This document shows, piece after piece, positions 39,790 through 53,125 of a stretch of 64,000 bases of DNA (positions are counted from its first letter, which is position 1; the number at the start of each line of letters is the position of its first letter). The notes beneath the pieces are model-generated. The model did not search any database and was not told where the DNA came from. It worked only from the letters and a program-made list of their open reading frames with translations. The stretch is from Euglena gracilis. Taxonomy: Eukaryota. The translations under genes were made by a program, and so were the position numbers. Where the stretch lies: the NCBI GenBank assembly GCA_039621445.1, contig CP154954.1:2914001-2978000 (forward strand). The letters run 5' to 3'.

Positions 39790-39849
39790 GTACATATTCC
39801 GGCTCCAAAAAACGTGTGGAAAATTTGGGTGGAGCCAGAATATGCTGCT
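39790..39849 (+). other. Predicted intermediate/non-conventional intron (GT...CT, 60 nt)
   Basis: Stem CATATTCCGGCTCC (39793-39806) / GGAGCCAGAATATG (39831-39844); +4..+6 CAT pairs with -8..-6 ATG; removal gives TPSSRCKQF. Confidence 0.75.
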
Positions 39850-41113
39850 GTTGCAAGCAATTCCCATTTGGTATTTTTGAAGTCCGAGGTGAGTCAATGT
39901 GGTGTGTGGCTTGCCAGAAGCCCATTGACCACCGCCGGAAGAGTGTTGCAAATCAACACGTGAAGCAAGCTGGCCATGTTGAATTGGCAAAGAAGAAGGC
40001 AACAAGACCAAAAGCTCCCTATGTATTTTTTTTTGTGTCTGACGACCGCTTCCTCACTTTCAGATTGCCACCCCAACGGCGGAGGTACAAGATGAAGCCT
40101 CGTCCACACAGAATCTGAATCCAAAAGTGCCTGAACGTGCAAAGGTGCGTTTTCCACATTCCATTCCAGGTAGATAATTTGTTTTTTTTTTAACAGGTTC
40201 AAGCTGATTTGAAAAAGTTGCTTACAGCAAGAACGGAAATCAACGATGTTCACGATGACCTTTGTGCTGCATTCCTAGCAGCAGGTATACTCTCCATGTT
40301 CGTAAATGTCCTGGAATGCCTCCTTTTTCTGGTAGGCATACCTTTGGAGAAGATCGCGCACCCCAGCCTGAGGGGTTTCTTTGGAAAGGCAACGAAGTTT
40401 TCAGGGTGTTATCCCAAGGACCAGAAGGACATGAAGCCTTCGGTGGAATGCGTCTACAAGGTGTTATGTTGCCCTCTCCCCCTTGTACTCTTTGACTTGT
40501 CTTTATTGGAAGTTGGTTGCATTGTTTGTGTTTCGGTTTCCGATATAAATTTTCAGTTCATGATCATTACTGTTTCCCGCACAGAGGCACGTTGCGGAGT
40601 TGCGGCGTCGTCTGGCGAACCAGGACGTGGCCGTCAGCTTCGATGAGACGACGGACAGCCGCGGACAGTCGGTGCTGCACATGATTGTCGCTTGCTGTCA
40701 AAGCTTGCAAGGGAAGGGGCCGTTTTCTCGCCACGAGTGGAGGCTTTGCTAGGAAGACTGAAAGATGGAACACCTCTGCGATCCACTTTGTATTTGGCTG
40801 CAAAAAGAGGGGCAAGGTATTGTGACACCGTCATGGACAGGTGGCCAAAGCAATGGCAATTTTATCGAGAAATTCGAATTCTCAATCCTCGGAATCTTCC
40901 GGACATGTCCCAAGATCCTGCACAATACCCCATGCTTTCGTTTCCTATGAATGATGCAGAATTTCAAGGGGATTGGCAGCGGTATTGCCGCGTGGAGCAA
41001 GTGTTCCCCTCAGATTCCGTTTCGCTTATGCAGTATTGGGCGAAGCACAGTGGTGCCCTCGCCCAAGTTGCCAAGTTTTTACTGACCATTCCCACCACCT
41101 CTGCTGACGTTGA

Positions 41114-41179
41114 AAGCACACACTTCTGCATGTGCGGAATCCAAATGTTGTGCTATAGAATGCAGAAGGGTGTGCCGCC
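41114..41179 (+). other. Predicted euglenid-type non-conventional intron (AA...CC, 66 nt)
   Basis: Stem GCACACACTTCTGCAT (41116-41131) / ATGCAGAAGGGTGTGC (41160-41175); +4..+6 CAC pairs with -8..-6 GTG; removal restores the hAT motif SADVE|RSFS. Confidence 0.88.
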
Positions 41180-41888
41180 ACGTTCGTTCAGCCTTGCTGG
41201 GTGTGTTGATACCAAATTGCGTTCCACGTTGTGTAATGAAACGCGACGTGCCGCCGCTTTGTTGATGTTCAATGGTGACCTTGAGGGACGATTTGCGTAG
41301 ATTAAACAAATCATGTTGATTTTGAAAGCTTCAGTGCTTGTTGTTGTCTCCTTGGGGGTCTTCTTTGTGAATCATTGACGGGCACGCCGGCATTGTCACA
41401 TGTTTACAGATTTAGGCAGCAAAATTCTGGTGTATTCCAGCCTTTTTTCAACAGTTTTTTTGCAAGTTGCATTTTTTTGCATTTTTTGCATTTTTTTTTG
41501 CATTTTTTTGCATTTTTTTGACTTGCATAATTTGAAGGGCCCAGTTGCATTTTTTCCCCCCCTGATTAATGTTTGGGTGTTGGTTCGGGTTTGGGTTACC
41601 CCCCCCCCAATGTCCACCCTTGATTTTTTTATTTGGGTGGGATCCAGGTATTTTCGAATGTTGAACCCCAGGGGGGAGAGTGGATGCTTCATCTAAGGTT
41701 GTCGCAAAAAAAAACAGGTGGTTATTTGCATTTGCAAACTTGACGTCCCCATACGTCTCTGACCTCAAAGTGCAATCTTGCCCGGGGCCATTTGAATTTG
41801 ACCCTATTTTTGGATATGACCTCCCGAGAATAGTGAATGTAAGTTAGGCACCCCAACATTGGCCACCCAATCCTCGTTTTCAAATGTG

Positions 41889-42267
41889 CAGGGGGGGAAC
41901 GCGTTTTTTTTTGCATTTTTTTGTTTGAGTTTGGCAAAATTTGTGTTTTTTTTGCTTTTTTTTCGTTTATGCTGGAATTTTTTTGGACAATGAAAAATTC
42001 CTCATTTTGCCCCCAATTTTCCCAATTTTGCAATTTTTTGCCAACAAATTGCATATCTTCATGCGAAATGAAAAAGTTGCCCTGACGGAGCTGAAATTTA
42101 AGCCCCTCAGGCAGAAATTGCATTTCGGAGGGGGAGAGCCGTATTCCTGGAGCTCTGCAAAGGATTTTGCATGCAATTATCGTTTTTTTTGCCTTTTTTT
42201 CACGTTTATTTTTCATTTATTTGCATCGCGTTTTTTGAGGGTCCATGTTGCGGTTATCCCCTCCCTG
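41889..42267 (+). mobile_element. hAT-type MITE (379 bp); internally deleted copy at 48447-48610
   Basis: Ends CAGGGGGGGAA...TCCCCTCCCTG; TSD CAAATGTG/CAATTGTG. Confidence 0.7.
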
Positions 42268-42630
42268 CAATTGTGGCCCGCCCCAAGTGCTGATCCCCCC
42301 AGGTCCTAAAAGAATTTGCAATCCCCGCATTACATATTTTCCATACTTTTCTTATTTTGCATATCTGCTCGGAGCTTTGCATATACCTCGGAGCTTTTTT
42401 CTCCTGGTATTTACACAAAAAATCTGTTGCATTTCAACAGATTGTCTGGGGATTCTGAAGTTGATTTTTTTTTGAATGGCCTCTGCAGAGGCTCAGGTTA
42501 CCAGGCTCCGCGCAGGCTCCAAGGAGGCTTGGGTAACCAATTTTGCCACAGAACGTGGGAGAAGTGACGGATAAGATCATGGTGCGAAACGGCAGACGGA
42601 AACAAAACTTATTGCCCCACAACCGCACAG

Positions 42631-45600
42631 TAGGGCAGTCGCGGTGGCGCACTGTACGGTACAGGACCTAGGCATCCCGCAGCAGCAACTCTTGGAATGT
42701 TTGTGCTATGTTCTTTTGTGCAATTGCGCAAAGGAACGTGGATTTTATCGCATCAGAGAACTTTTGCCGGCACAACAGAATAAGAGCGTTCGATTTGGCA
42801 CCATCTCAGCTTAATTTGCATAACGGGACAATTACTCAGGATGCGTGGAAAAAATCTGCTCGTTGCAACCCCAAAGAATGATTTTAACAACAGACGCTCG
42901 AGCATTTTCTGTTGACAGAACAGTGGTGGAGTACACGTGCCAGGTTTCAAAGGGTGCCGGATGGTTTGCCGTCAAAATTGGACGTGGCACCAGGTGAGTC
43001 GTGCAGCATTTCCGCAGTGGTTCAGTTGCAAATGAATAGTCAGTCTGTTCAACCCGGCTTTTAGCGGAAGAAGAAACCCGTCGCTGTTCTGATCGCATCC
43101 CGTAATTGTGAGGCCAATGAAACAGAAAGTTGTTTTTTTCTTGCTCTTCATCCACACACTATGCATGAGCTCTTTTGATCCTCCTGCAACAGACACAGAA
43201 TCCATGCCAGTGTAAGGTCCAAATCGTCAAAATCGCCCACCCCCTGCCATGGCTCCCAGCTCCCTGGGGGAAGTCTCAAGCTTCCTTCAAAAATCTTGGA
43301 AGGGTCATTCGTCAATGAAGAGGCAATACACAACACAGCAACAGAAAATAGACGCCGACACACCAGCGTTGAGGCAGAAGTTGACGCCATCCCAACTCAA
43401 GCAAGGTCAGGTATTTTGATATGTCTACATTATACTGCTGCTCCGACAGCGCCTGGGTTAAGTAGTTCTGCAATAAAATTGGCTAGGTGGTCCTGACCTC
43501 CCCCACCGGTACAGGTAAGCGCTTTTTTTTTATTACAGGACGAACCCCCCCCTCCCCCAGAGTTGGTAAACAGAAGCCTGCTAGGCATCCCCTCCCCCAG
43601 AGTTTGGTAAAAAGAAGCTTGTAATTATTTCCCATCTTTCCCCCTAATTTTTCCCTGTGGGGATGTAGCTTATGCCTGGTCCAGTGGAGAGCTGCTGTGC
43701 AATGTTCAACCCCTCTCCGACGCGCGGCTCATTCACGTGCATATGATGCCTGTCATGGCCCTGTTATATGTTTTCTCTCCCAGAGAACAGAGTGCGATTG
43801 GTGGGCAACCTGGCATGCCTTTTGAGCGCTCTCTTTCCTTGCAACCAGACCTGAAATGGGGGTGGCGGTGGTGGTGCTCTGGTTAGTGGCGGTTTTGCAG
43901 AAAAAATGTCCGTGAGGTTTTTTTACCAACCCATTCTGGGTGGAAGGTGTAAAGTTGGAGGGCATCATGCAGAATTTCCAAAGTTTTGGAGCTTGGTTGC
44001 AGAAAGGTGTTTCCAGAAATGGGTCGAAGAATTGGCCGTCACCCCCCTCTCAGTAAGCTGTCATGACCAAGAACCTGTCAGCAGCCCACCAGCGAAACTG
44101 CCAGGTCCCCAGGTACTGGCCAACATGTCGAGGTCAAAATTCAATGTAGTTCCTTTGAAAAACTCTGAGGTTGGAACCCCCCCCCCCAGGGAGCCTGTTC
44201 TCTTCCCTCCATATTCGCCAACCTGTCTTCATTGGGGGCACCTCCTCCTCTCTCCCCGCACCTTGTCTCCCAACGATTGTTTGAAAATTTTCACTTTTTT
44301 CTTGAAGAAGCAGATTCCTGAGTTGAAAAAAACTCTGAACATTGCTTTCAAGCTTATCTCAAACTTGCGAAAAATTGCGTTGTCGGATTTTCTGTCTGCC
44401 GGCGGTCGAATTTTTTTTGACTTTTTTTCCCTGTCACCCAGCCCCACCCCCCCTCTCCGTATTTGCTGACCTGCCTCGTACATCGGCCTTGATTTGTCTG
44501 GGGACAGTTTCCGGAGTGGGGAGGCTGGGTAAAGGTGGAACCAAGGGGCAGGAAAGGATGGCGTGAGATCCTCTCCCAACGCTTTCCAGCTTGCTGAGGC
44601 TTCCTCAGGCTGTCTGCGAGGTGACCCACCCTGGGGTGTATTTTCCCAACTGGTTATTTTCATGTGAGGGAGGTGGCTGACCGATGTGATGATTTTTTTA
44701 AATCTCTGAGCGACTGACTCGTTTGTCACCCTCTCTCATGCTGAAGTGGTGGCTTCTGTCTGCAGGAATTTTTTTTATCCCATTGTTCTCTCCCCTGTGC
44801 TGAAGTGGTGGTTTCTGTTTTGGGGAATTTTTTTTTATCCATTGTTTTCGTTCGAACCGAAAATGTCAGGACATTAACGCGAGGCAGAAAAATGACTGCT
44901 GAAAATCTGGACAACTAGATGTTCCTCCAGCCAAATTTATTATCAGGCTCGATATTAAGGTGCAAGCATTCATACATTTTTTGAAAAGGTGCTATTTTTG
45001 GAATTTTCCCCGATTTTTGAGTGGCTCCGGAACCCCCCGGGGGGGGGGCCAGGGGGTGGGTGGGTGGGGGGGACCCCCTCCCCCCGGTCTTAAAAAAACC
45101 CCTGCTCCAGGTTCATTGGCCCAGTCCGGATTGCCCGGCACCCAACACCATCCCCTCCCCCCCAAACCCGGGTCAAGCACCTCCCTGCCATACGGTCTGG
45201 AGCCTGCCCTGCGCAGCCAAACCCAGGCTTCAGTGGCCTGGTTAGGATTAACTGGTGTGGGGTTCCCGCCTAGCGGGCACTTCGCAGCCCTCTCGCCTGC
45301 AGTCACCACACACACAGTCGCACCGTTTGGCCCCTTGGCCAATTTTGACTCGGTCAACTCACACCACAGGCAGAGAGAGAAGATGGCAGGGTTGCTTCGC
45401 TGGATTGCAAAATGCTGTTTCCTGGTCCGAAATTTCCCACCTTGTGTGAATGGCACCCGCGGTGGTTTCAATACTTTTGCTGCACCAACTGTCCCCTTGT
45501 GGAATGGAGACAGCGCTTGGTTTTCCTGGATTTGTTCTTTCGGGTTCCATTCACAGGGGTGAGGCTGGACGGGGAAAGTAATGGTGTTTTGTTGTCTGCT

Positions 45601-48600
45601 TTAATTCTTCGGATATGAAATATTTGATTCTGGACAATGTATTGTAATGAATGGACGATGTATTCTCTGATGAAACTCTGAACAATGTATTCTGAAAAGT
45701 GGTGTCACCAGAATTTCGGCGAAAATCAAAATTCTTTTCCAGATGTTCACCCAAAGAAACATCAGCCACCCGTTCTGAAGGCTTTCCCCAACTCTTCAGC
45801 AATTATGAAAAATGTTTGTGATGTTCAACTTCTACGTTCGTGCGCTGTTCTTTTTTGCCTCCATGCAGGCGGACCAGCATGCACCCTACAGTTGGCATGC
45901 TGGGGTGGGCAGGACCACCACTGTACGCTGCTCAAGCGGAAGCATTGCTTGCTTCAATCAGAAACGATTCCCCCAAATGTCCTCAGAATTAAGTCACCAG
46001 TTTTTTTGGAGGAAGCTAATTCTTTTTCGCACCGACCTACCCCCATGCTTTTTTTAAGTTTTCTGGTGCTGTGCTTTATTTGTAATTGGAAAAGTAATTT
46101 TTCCTTTTGGTGATGATGTGAAACGAAGAGAATCGTTTTTCAACGGCGTAAAAGCACAGGGATCCTTCCATTTCCTGAAAAGGAAATTAAATGAAATTCA
46201 TGGAGGATCACGGAAAAATGGCGCGAGGCCATTTTTACAGAATTCACAAAAATTCACGGATATTCACGGATGAGGCAGAGGGATATGATTTGATATGGAA
46301 TATGAATTTTGACTTTTTTTTAAAGTTCAAATTCAAAGTTTAAATTCACGGAAAATCACGGAAAATCACGGATACATTTTGGCCTCGATCAGCACGGAAA
46401 CCAGAGAAACCCTGAAAGGCAATGCACAGGCACTGGGGTGGCAAATTGCAAATTTTGCATATGAATATGAGGCAAGCCAACCCTGTGCTGCCACTGTGCC
46501 AACCCATGTGGTTCTGTCTCTCTTGCCCCCCCCCCCCCCCAGCATTGGCTTTTTTTTTGACCCATTAGCGCCCCGCCCTGTGCCACGCGTGGTCTGTCCA
46601 CCGTGCCAGACTTCCGGTCTTGCTGAAAACCCCAGCCACTCCTCGAATTCACAGGGGAAATTTCCCTTTCCGAGGATTCTGGGCAGCAATGTTGGCTCCC
46701 TTCTGCGATTACTTGCCTTTGGCCTCTCCCCATCCGATGGACAGTGTGGGCCACACTTGTTATTTCACACCAACATAAAACAGGGGACCACTGTGTCGAC
46801 ACGGTAGTCAGGCCACCGCAGCAAGGTCAGACATTAGTATCGGTAGCAGTAGGTCCTTGCGATACCTTGGGTTTGTGTCTGTCGCAAAGTTGAAGGGGGG
46901 GATCAAAAGCATCTCATCAGAATTGTGCAAAATCAGCAGGTCAGTTTTTTGGAGGAGAGGAGAAGGTGGATCGATCGTCCACGCCACCAGGCAGATGCTG
47001 CTAGTGTCTGTGGAAATCAATGTGAGGTTGTTTCTGGGGACCTCCGCAACTCCTCGGGGACATCGACCCCCTCCGAAATGAATTGTCTGAAACCTCTTTC
47101 CGGCCGGACTGTATTGACCCTGAGTGCACCTCAGTCTGGGGGGAGGTTCCAGTGACCCAAACAGGATTCTTTCTCAGACACCATCACCTGCATCAAATCC
47201 CACAGGATAACCAGAGATCCTACCAAACAGGACAGATTCTCCCTACTGGCTTTTCACAGCAATTTTCTTTGACAAAATGTTTCCTCCAAAAAGTCTGATG
47301 GACACCAATAACCCGAATTGCTATAATTTTTTGTTGTCCTCTGAATAGAAGCCATTTGACACCAAATTGTTTTTCCAAAGCGCATTGAATAGATCCATGA
47401 ATGTTTTTTGGATACTGCCAAGGTGCCAAAAAAGATTGGTCCAGACATTTTACAGGGGGTCAGTCCAAACCCCATCCTCTCAAGGGGGAGGTGGGTGAAT
47501 CCATGCCAGTCACCTGGCCTGGGCAACTGGGACGACGGTTTGTTGGCGTGGCTGGCCCCACATTACCTTCCCCTCGGTGGCACCCCCAAAACCAAACCTC
47601 TCCTCCCCCTCCCTGGTGTCCGCTACAGCTGCCTGTGGCCTGCAAAGTGCTGCCTTCTTGTTTGACCGATGAAGACAGCACGGCATTGGCCAGCCGTCTT
47701 CGACGTTGGGCAGATAGTGTGGTGAGGCAGGCTGACTGAGTGGCCTTTTGTGCGGAATGTGGTAAGACGAGGTACACCTCCAGGCGGATTGCCTCCCAAA
47801 AAACTGATTGAAACATTCACAATTTTGCACATTTATTGCTTATTATGGGTTGTTGTTGGAGATAGGTATTTATATTTGGGTGTTGGTTCGGGTTTGGGTT
47901 ACCCCCCCCCCAATGTCCACCCTTGATTTTTTATTTGGGTGGGATCCAGGTATTTTCGAATGTTGAACCCCAGGGGGGAGAGTGGATGCTTCAGGGGACT
48001 TCCCTCCCCGATCTTTAAAGAACGCGCGACATGACTCCCTCACCCGTACTCACGTTGCAAAATTTTGGTGTATCTCACAAATTTCCAGAAGTTTTTCTGT
48101 CGAGTTTGCCAAATTTTGGCATGCACAACCAGTTATGAGACGTTCACGTGTTAATTGTGAATAAGAATTCGGTTGAAAGCATTTGGGGCAGGGATTTAAA
48201 TACAGAAAAGGTCTTCATTTTCTGCATCTAAGGTTGTCGCAAAAAAAAAAACAGGGTTGTCCGGAGAATTGTCAATTGGTTATTTGCATTTGCAAATTTG
48301 ACGTCCCTATACGTCTCTGACCTCAAAGTGCAATCTTGCCCGGGGCCATTTGAATTTGACCCTATTTTTGGATATGACCCCCCGAGAATAGTGAATGTAA
48401 GTTAGGCGCCCCAACGTTGGCCACCCAATCCTCGTTTTCAAATGTGCAGGGGGGGAAGGCGTTTTGCATTTCGGGGGGAGCTCCGTAGCTCCGGAGCTCT
48501 GCAAAAATTTTTACATGCAATTATCGTTTTTTTTTGCATTTTTTTACGTTTATTTTTCATTTATTTGCATCGCGTTTTTTGAGGGTCCATGTTGCGTTTC

Positions 48601-49111
48601 CCCCTGCCTGCAATTGTGGCCCGCCCCAAGTGCTGACCCCCCAGGTCGTAAAATAATTTGCAATCCCCGCATTTTTAGGCACGTTTTCAAACCAGCTTTA
48701 TTACAAACAGAGGTTGCACAACTTGCAATATTCTGGCATAAATCAAAAAAAGTATTAAAGGGAAGGAATTTGCATTTTTTTTAATAATTTGGCATTCTGC
48801 CGATGAAAGTTACATATTTTCCATACTTTTCTTATTTTGCATATCTGCTCAACCTCGGAGCTTTTTTCTCCTGGTATTTACACAAAAAATGCATTTGCAT
48901 TTCAACAGATCGTCTGGGGATTCTGAAGTTGAATATTTTCTTTTTTTTGATGAGCCTCTGCAGAGGCACAGGTTACCAGGCTCAGAGGCTCCGCGCAGGC
49001 TCCAAGGAGGCTTGGGTAACCAATTTTGCTACAGAACGTGGGAGAAGTAACGGATGAGATCATGGTGTGAAATGGCAGAGGGAAACAAAACTATTGCCCC
49101 CAACCGCACAG
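42631..49111 (+). repeat. Tandem duplication unit B
   Basis: Starts TAGGGCAGTCGCGG immediately after unit A and ends CAACCGCACAG. Lacks the insertions at 35046, 36666 and 39378. Confidence 0.95.
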
Positions 49112-49426
49112 CAGAATGCGTCCCTCACGAAATAACGCTTCCCTTTGTGTATTCCAGGGGACTCTCATTTTTTTTTCTATCAGGGATTTCTTAAAGACTG
49201 GTGGCAGGGGGTCTCCCCTCCCCCACCCCACCCCACCCCGGCGAAGGGGGTCTGGCAGACCCACTTTTTGGTCAATATTTGGGGTCAAACTTTTTCAGAA
49301 AATAGGTAAAAAGTAGATGAGAACCCCGCCTTCAGCAGGGTGTTCACTCAGCACGACCCCCCCCAAACGTACACATAGCATGATTCATTATGCAACACCA
49401 TACATTTTTTTGCACAATCAGAACAC

Positions 49427-50596
<1,170 letters not shown>

Positions 50597-50952
50597 TTTT
50601 CATTGCGACCACCGGGAACAATTTTTTTTGCAGCCTGCTGCGACTCTGAAGTATTTTTGTTTCCAGCGAGCCAGCTAGTGCCAATTCAGTTCGACCCACC
50701 CTCTGGGGGCCCTTAAGTGCAGGCTTGGCTATTCAGGTGTTTATATTTCCATATCTGCTCTTTTTTTCACATACGAGAACTCAAGCTGAATAAAAATTAC
50801 CAGTATATTTCAAATAAACAAATCAGTGTATAAATAGCCCATAATTTGAGATATAATGGATAATGCACAGGATTGGGGCAGCGGACACCTGTGCAGCCCG
50901 GACGAGCAGCATGTGCACACTGCAGGTTGCTCCCTGAGCTGGTGTGTATTAG

Positions 50953-50998
50953 TGCGTGCGTGCGTGCGTGCGTACGTGCGTGCGTGCGTGCGTGCGTG
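50953..50998. repeat. (GCGT)n microsatellite
   Basis: Direct reading. Confidence 0.95.
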
Positions 50999-52999
50999 TG
51001 TTCTGGATGCCAGGTGGCTTTGTGTAGCTGTTCCACCACACTGGAATGACCAGCCCAAGGCACCTCTCGGCCCACACTCTGTGGCGGCAGATCTTCTGGC
51101 TTTCTGAAAAGCTTAAGAGTGATGAAAAGGAGGATACCCACCCATCAATCGTCCAGACTTGAAATTTTTGGTGTCTGGAACGTTGTTTTGACAGAAAGGG
51201 GACTGTCATAACCCCAGAGATGATTGTTCAGCTGGATCTTTGGCACATATATCTCCCCTCTGAATGCGAATCCCTCCCGACCAAGCACGTTTGATGATGC
51301 AGCATCTCCCAAAGCTTGGGTACTGTTGCCGGCGGCAGGGTGATGAACGGAATTTTTTTCTTCGATAATTTCTTCGAAAACGTTCGATAATTTAAGCCAT
51401 TTTCGCCACTTTTGGCCGTTTTTGTCCATTTTTGGCTATTTTTGGCCTTTGTCGTCCTTTTTTTTTTGGCCCATTTTCGGCCATTTTTGGGGGCATTTTT
51501 GGACATTTTTGGTCGTTTTTTTTGGCTGATTTTATATATATTTGGCCCTTTGGGTGCTTTTTGGCCATTTTGGGCAGATTTTGTCTACTTTTGGCTGCTT
51601 ATGGTTGATCCATAAAATGGATCTACATATTTGTCCCTAAAATGGCCAAAATGGGATAAAAGTGGCCAAAGCAAAAAGTGGCCAAAAAATGGACCAAAAG
51701 TGGCCAAAGCGCTAATAGTGGCCAAAAGCAATCAAAAAATGGCCGAAAGAGGCCCTGAATATTTTCCAGAGAAGTCTGGTTAAAATATAAAAAGGGGGAA
51801 ACACCCAGATAAAACTGGGCATGTTTTCAAAAGTAAAAAAAAGTAGAAATACCCAGATAAAATTGGGCATGGCTTTCGTCACCCAGGGTTTCTCATTATT
51901 TGATCCTAGTAAATCCTCGAGATCGTCCGAGTAAACAGAGTTTTATTGTGCAATTGAAGCTATCCAGGAAAATTTGCAAGCTGCAACAGGTTGATTTTTC
52001 CCCCAAAAAGAAAACCAAAAATTCACACACAAGGCACAAAAGCAACAGCTTTTTTCGTTTCCATCCAATTTGTCCCGGCCGCTTTTCCGAATGTTTCCTT
52101 GCAATTTACCTCCGTGTTCTTGTTCGTTTTGAGTTTCGTGTTGCCATTAGGTTTTCTTTAACAACCCTTGGGGAGGGGGGGGGTGTTGGGCTATGGTGCA
52201 CCATGACAGGAAACCCCCTCGGGGGCTTTCGTTTGGGTATTGATACTCCCAAGAAAATTGCCATTGCAGCCAATGCTCCCTTGTGAATGGCCATTATCGG
52301 GCACGCCATGGTCAGGCAAGGGGTGTTCATTTTCGACCTCCCGTGCCCCCCGTGCCAGTATTTGGGGTGGGTAATGCTAATGGGAAGCACTCCGGGGTGA
52401 AGCTTTCTGAAAAGATGCCTAGTTGTCACAACCTGGATTCTGTCAATGATATAAATTATGCAATTTGCATTTTCTCTTCACCCCCGAAGCTTGCATTTTC
52501 CCTTATTTTGGCTTTTTTTTAAAAAAAATACAAGTTCCATGGTTCCAAAAATGCTAGAAATCGTGAAGACCTTGTTGTAGACCTTGCCCCCTCCCCGCCA
52601 CCATTCGCTTACCCTGAAAGTAGCTACCAGGGTGATTTATGGCTTGACACGTGTGCGCATGTGTGTGTGCGTGTGCGATCATTTGTGGCAACTCAGCCTT
52701 GCGCCTCTGAGCCCCTGGTTGCACCAGCGAAAGGTCTTTTCACATTGCGTATGCCGCACCGGTAGAACGGGGAGCCTTGCCCTCGCCTATTTGCTATACA
52801 CGTCCGCCACCAGCTGCCCTCTGGCTGATCTGGGGCACCGTTTCCCTGGCAACGACACCACACATATTTTTAAAGCGACTTGCAAAAAGGCTGTTTTTTT
52901 TTCAAATCCCCAGGAGCCGAACACAAGTTCAATGTTTGAACGACTTCAAGACTTCAAAGGTTCCTGTTTATCAAAAATTCAAAAACGGTGAAATTCATG

Positions 53000-53024
53000 A
53001 CACACACACACACACACACACACA

Positions 53025-53116
<92 letters not shown>

Positions 53117-53125
53117 CACACGCAC
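53000..53125. repeat. (CA)n/(GCAC)n microsatellite
   Basis: Direct reading. Confidence 0.97.

Larger units (their letters stand above)
39639..41300 (+). pseudogene. hAT transposase with CGGBP1-like C2H2 zinc finger; central catalytic region deleted near 40690
   Basis: Predicted exons 39639-39789, 39850-40022, 40064-40144, 40197-40284, 40336-40460, 40585-41113 (frame break ~40690) and 41180-41300. Motifs: MWCVACQKPIDHRRKSVANQHVKQAGH, AFLAAGIPLEKIAHPSLRGF, VSFDETTD, LLTIPTTSADVERSFS. Confidence 0.9.
39378..41564 (+). mobile_element. hAT DNA transposon of CGGBP1-like type, internally deleted (2187 bp)
   Basis: TIR CAGGGGGGGGGAAATGCAACT...AGTTGCATTTTTTCCCCCCCTG; 7-bp TSD ATTAATG (39371-39377, 41565-41571); 7-bp empty site at 47868-47874; hAT transposase inside. 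Confidence 0.95.
32078..42630 (+). repeat. Tandem duplication unit A
   Basis: Colinear with 42631-49111 from TAGGGCAGTCGCGG to ATTGCCCC..AACCGCACAG. Longer than unit B mainly because of inserted elements. Confidence 0.95.
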
